64,000 bases of DNA, taken from the NCBI RefSeq assembly GCF_020745735.1, contig NC_083449.1, positions 10,142,923 to 10,206,922 of the forward strand, read 5' to 3'. Below, piece by piece: positions 63,341 through 64,000 of this stretch; positions within the stretch are counted from its first letter, which is position 1, and every line of letters begins with the position of its first letter. Below the pieces are notes generated by a model. It worked only from the letters and a program-made list of their open reading frames with translations. It did not search any database and was not told the origin of the DNA. Source of the DNA: Hemiscyllium ocellatum (lineage: Eukaryota). The translations under genes were made by a program, and so were the position numbers.

Positions 63341-64000
63341 GTCAAGTCCACTGATATTTACACCATTTTTCAGAATTCATATCTGAAATAGATGCCCAGC
63401 AAAGGCATTAAATCTACATTTAATATGACATTTTTAAAGTTAAAATCAAGATGGAAAAGAAAATCAGACTGTAACATCATTCCAAAAACCATATATAACA
63501 CAGATGTTAAATACAGAGATAGAAGGAAACCAGAAAAAAGTCACCAGTTTACAGGATGTAACAGTGTTATTAAGTTTATTAGTGATTGGGCAGGACAGAG
63601 TTAACGCTTTAATGAAAAGTTGTCACATGTAGTCACATGACAATTAAACAATGTGAATTCCAAACACCCATTCTCTGTCAAAGCCTGACAAATAAAACTA
63701 CAGATGCTGGAGGCTGCAAACCAAAGGAGAAAGTGCTGAAAAAAAACTCTGTGTCTGGTAGCATGTGTGGAGAGAAAGCAGAGTTAATGTTTTGGAGCCA
63801 GTTACTGTTTTTTAGAACTGAGTTTCTCCAGCAATTTCTGTTTTTATTCCTCACAATAGGGAATAATTACTGTAGACACAGACACAGACACTGTAACTGA
63901 TTAATTGAGAATTAGTTCAAAATACAAACATCATACTGCAGAGCAGGATTAACAGTTCCATATACACTGCAGGCAACAGAAAATCGAAATGAATATCACT

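Overview
Vertebrate genomic DNA, very probably from a shark (inferred from the repeat families). It is a replication-dependent histone gene cluster embedded in retroelement debris. Intact genes: H3.2 (26906-27316 +), H2A (29683-30072 -), H2B (31794-32174 -) and a second H3.2 (52561-52971 -), each with a 3' stem-loop. Damaged genes: two H1 copies (one frameshifted, one 5'-truncated with a lost stop) and an orphan H2A 3' end. No H4 is seen. The rest is CR1 LINEs, Penelope-like elements (RT, GIY-YIG), tRNA-derived SINEs, LTR remnants and a Tx1/L1 fragment. The window consists of three diverged copies of a segmental unit: A (~2.7-19 kb), B (~33-48.8 kb, direct) and C (~52.4-64 kb, inverted, including H1-H3). 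The most interesting signals are (1) an apparently non-coding multi-exon transcription unit in this unit, with an NRF1-type promoter/first exon that is nearly identical between copies and splice sites retained across copies; (2) many minimal hammerhead ribozymes in Penelope termini, including foldback double-ribozyme insertions; (3) a degenerate ~47-49 bp tandem array. Repeat boundaries and mismatch counts were read by eye and are approximate.
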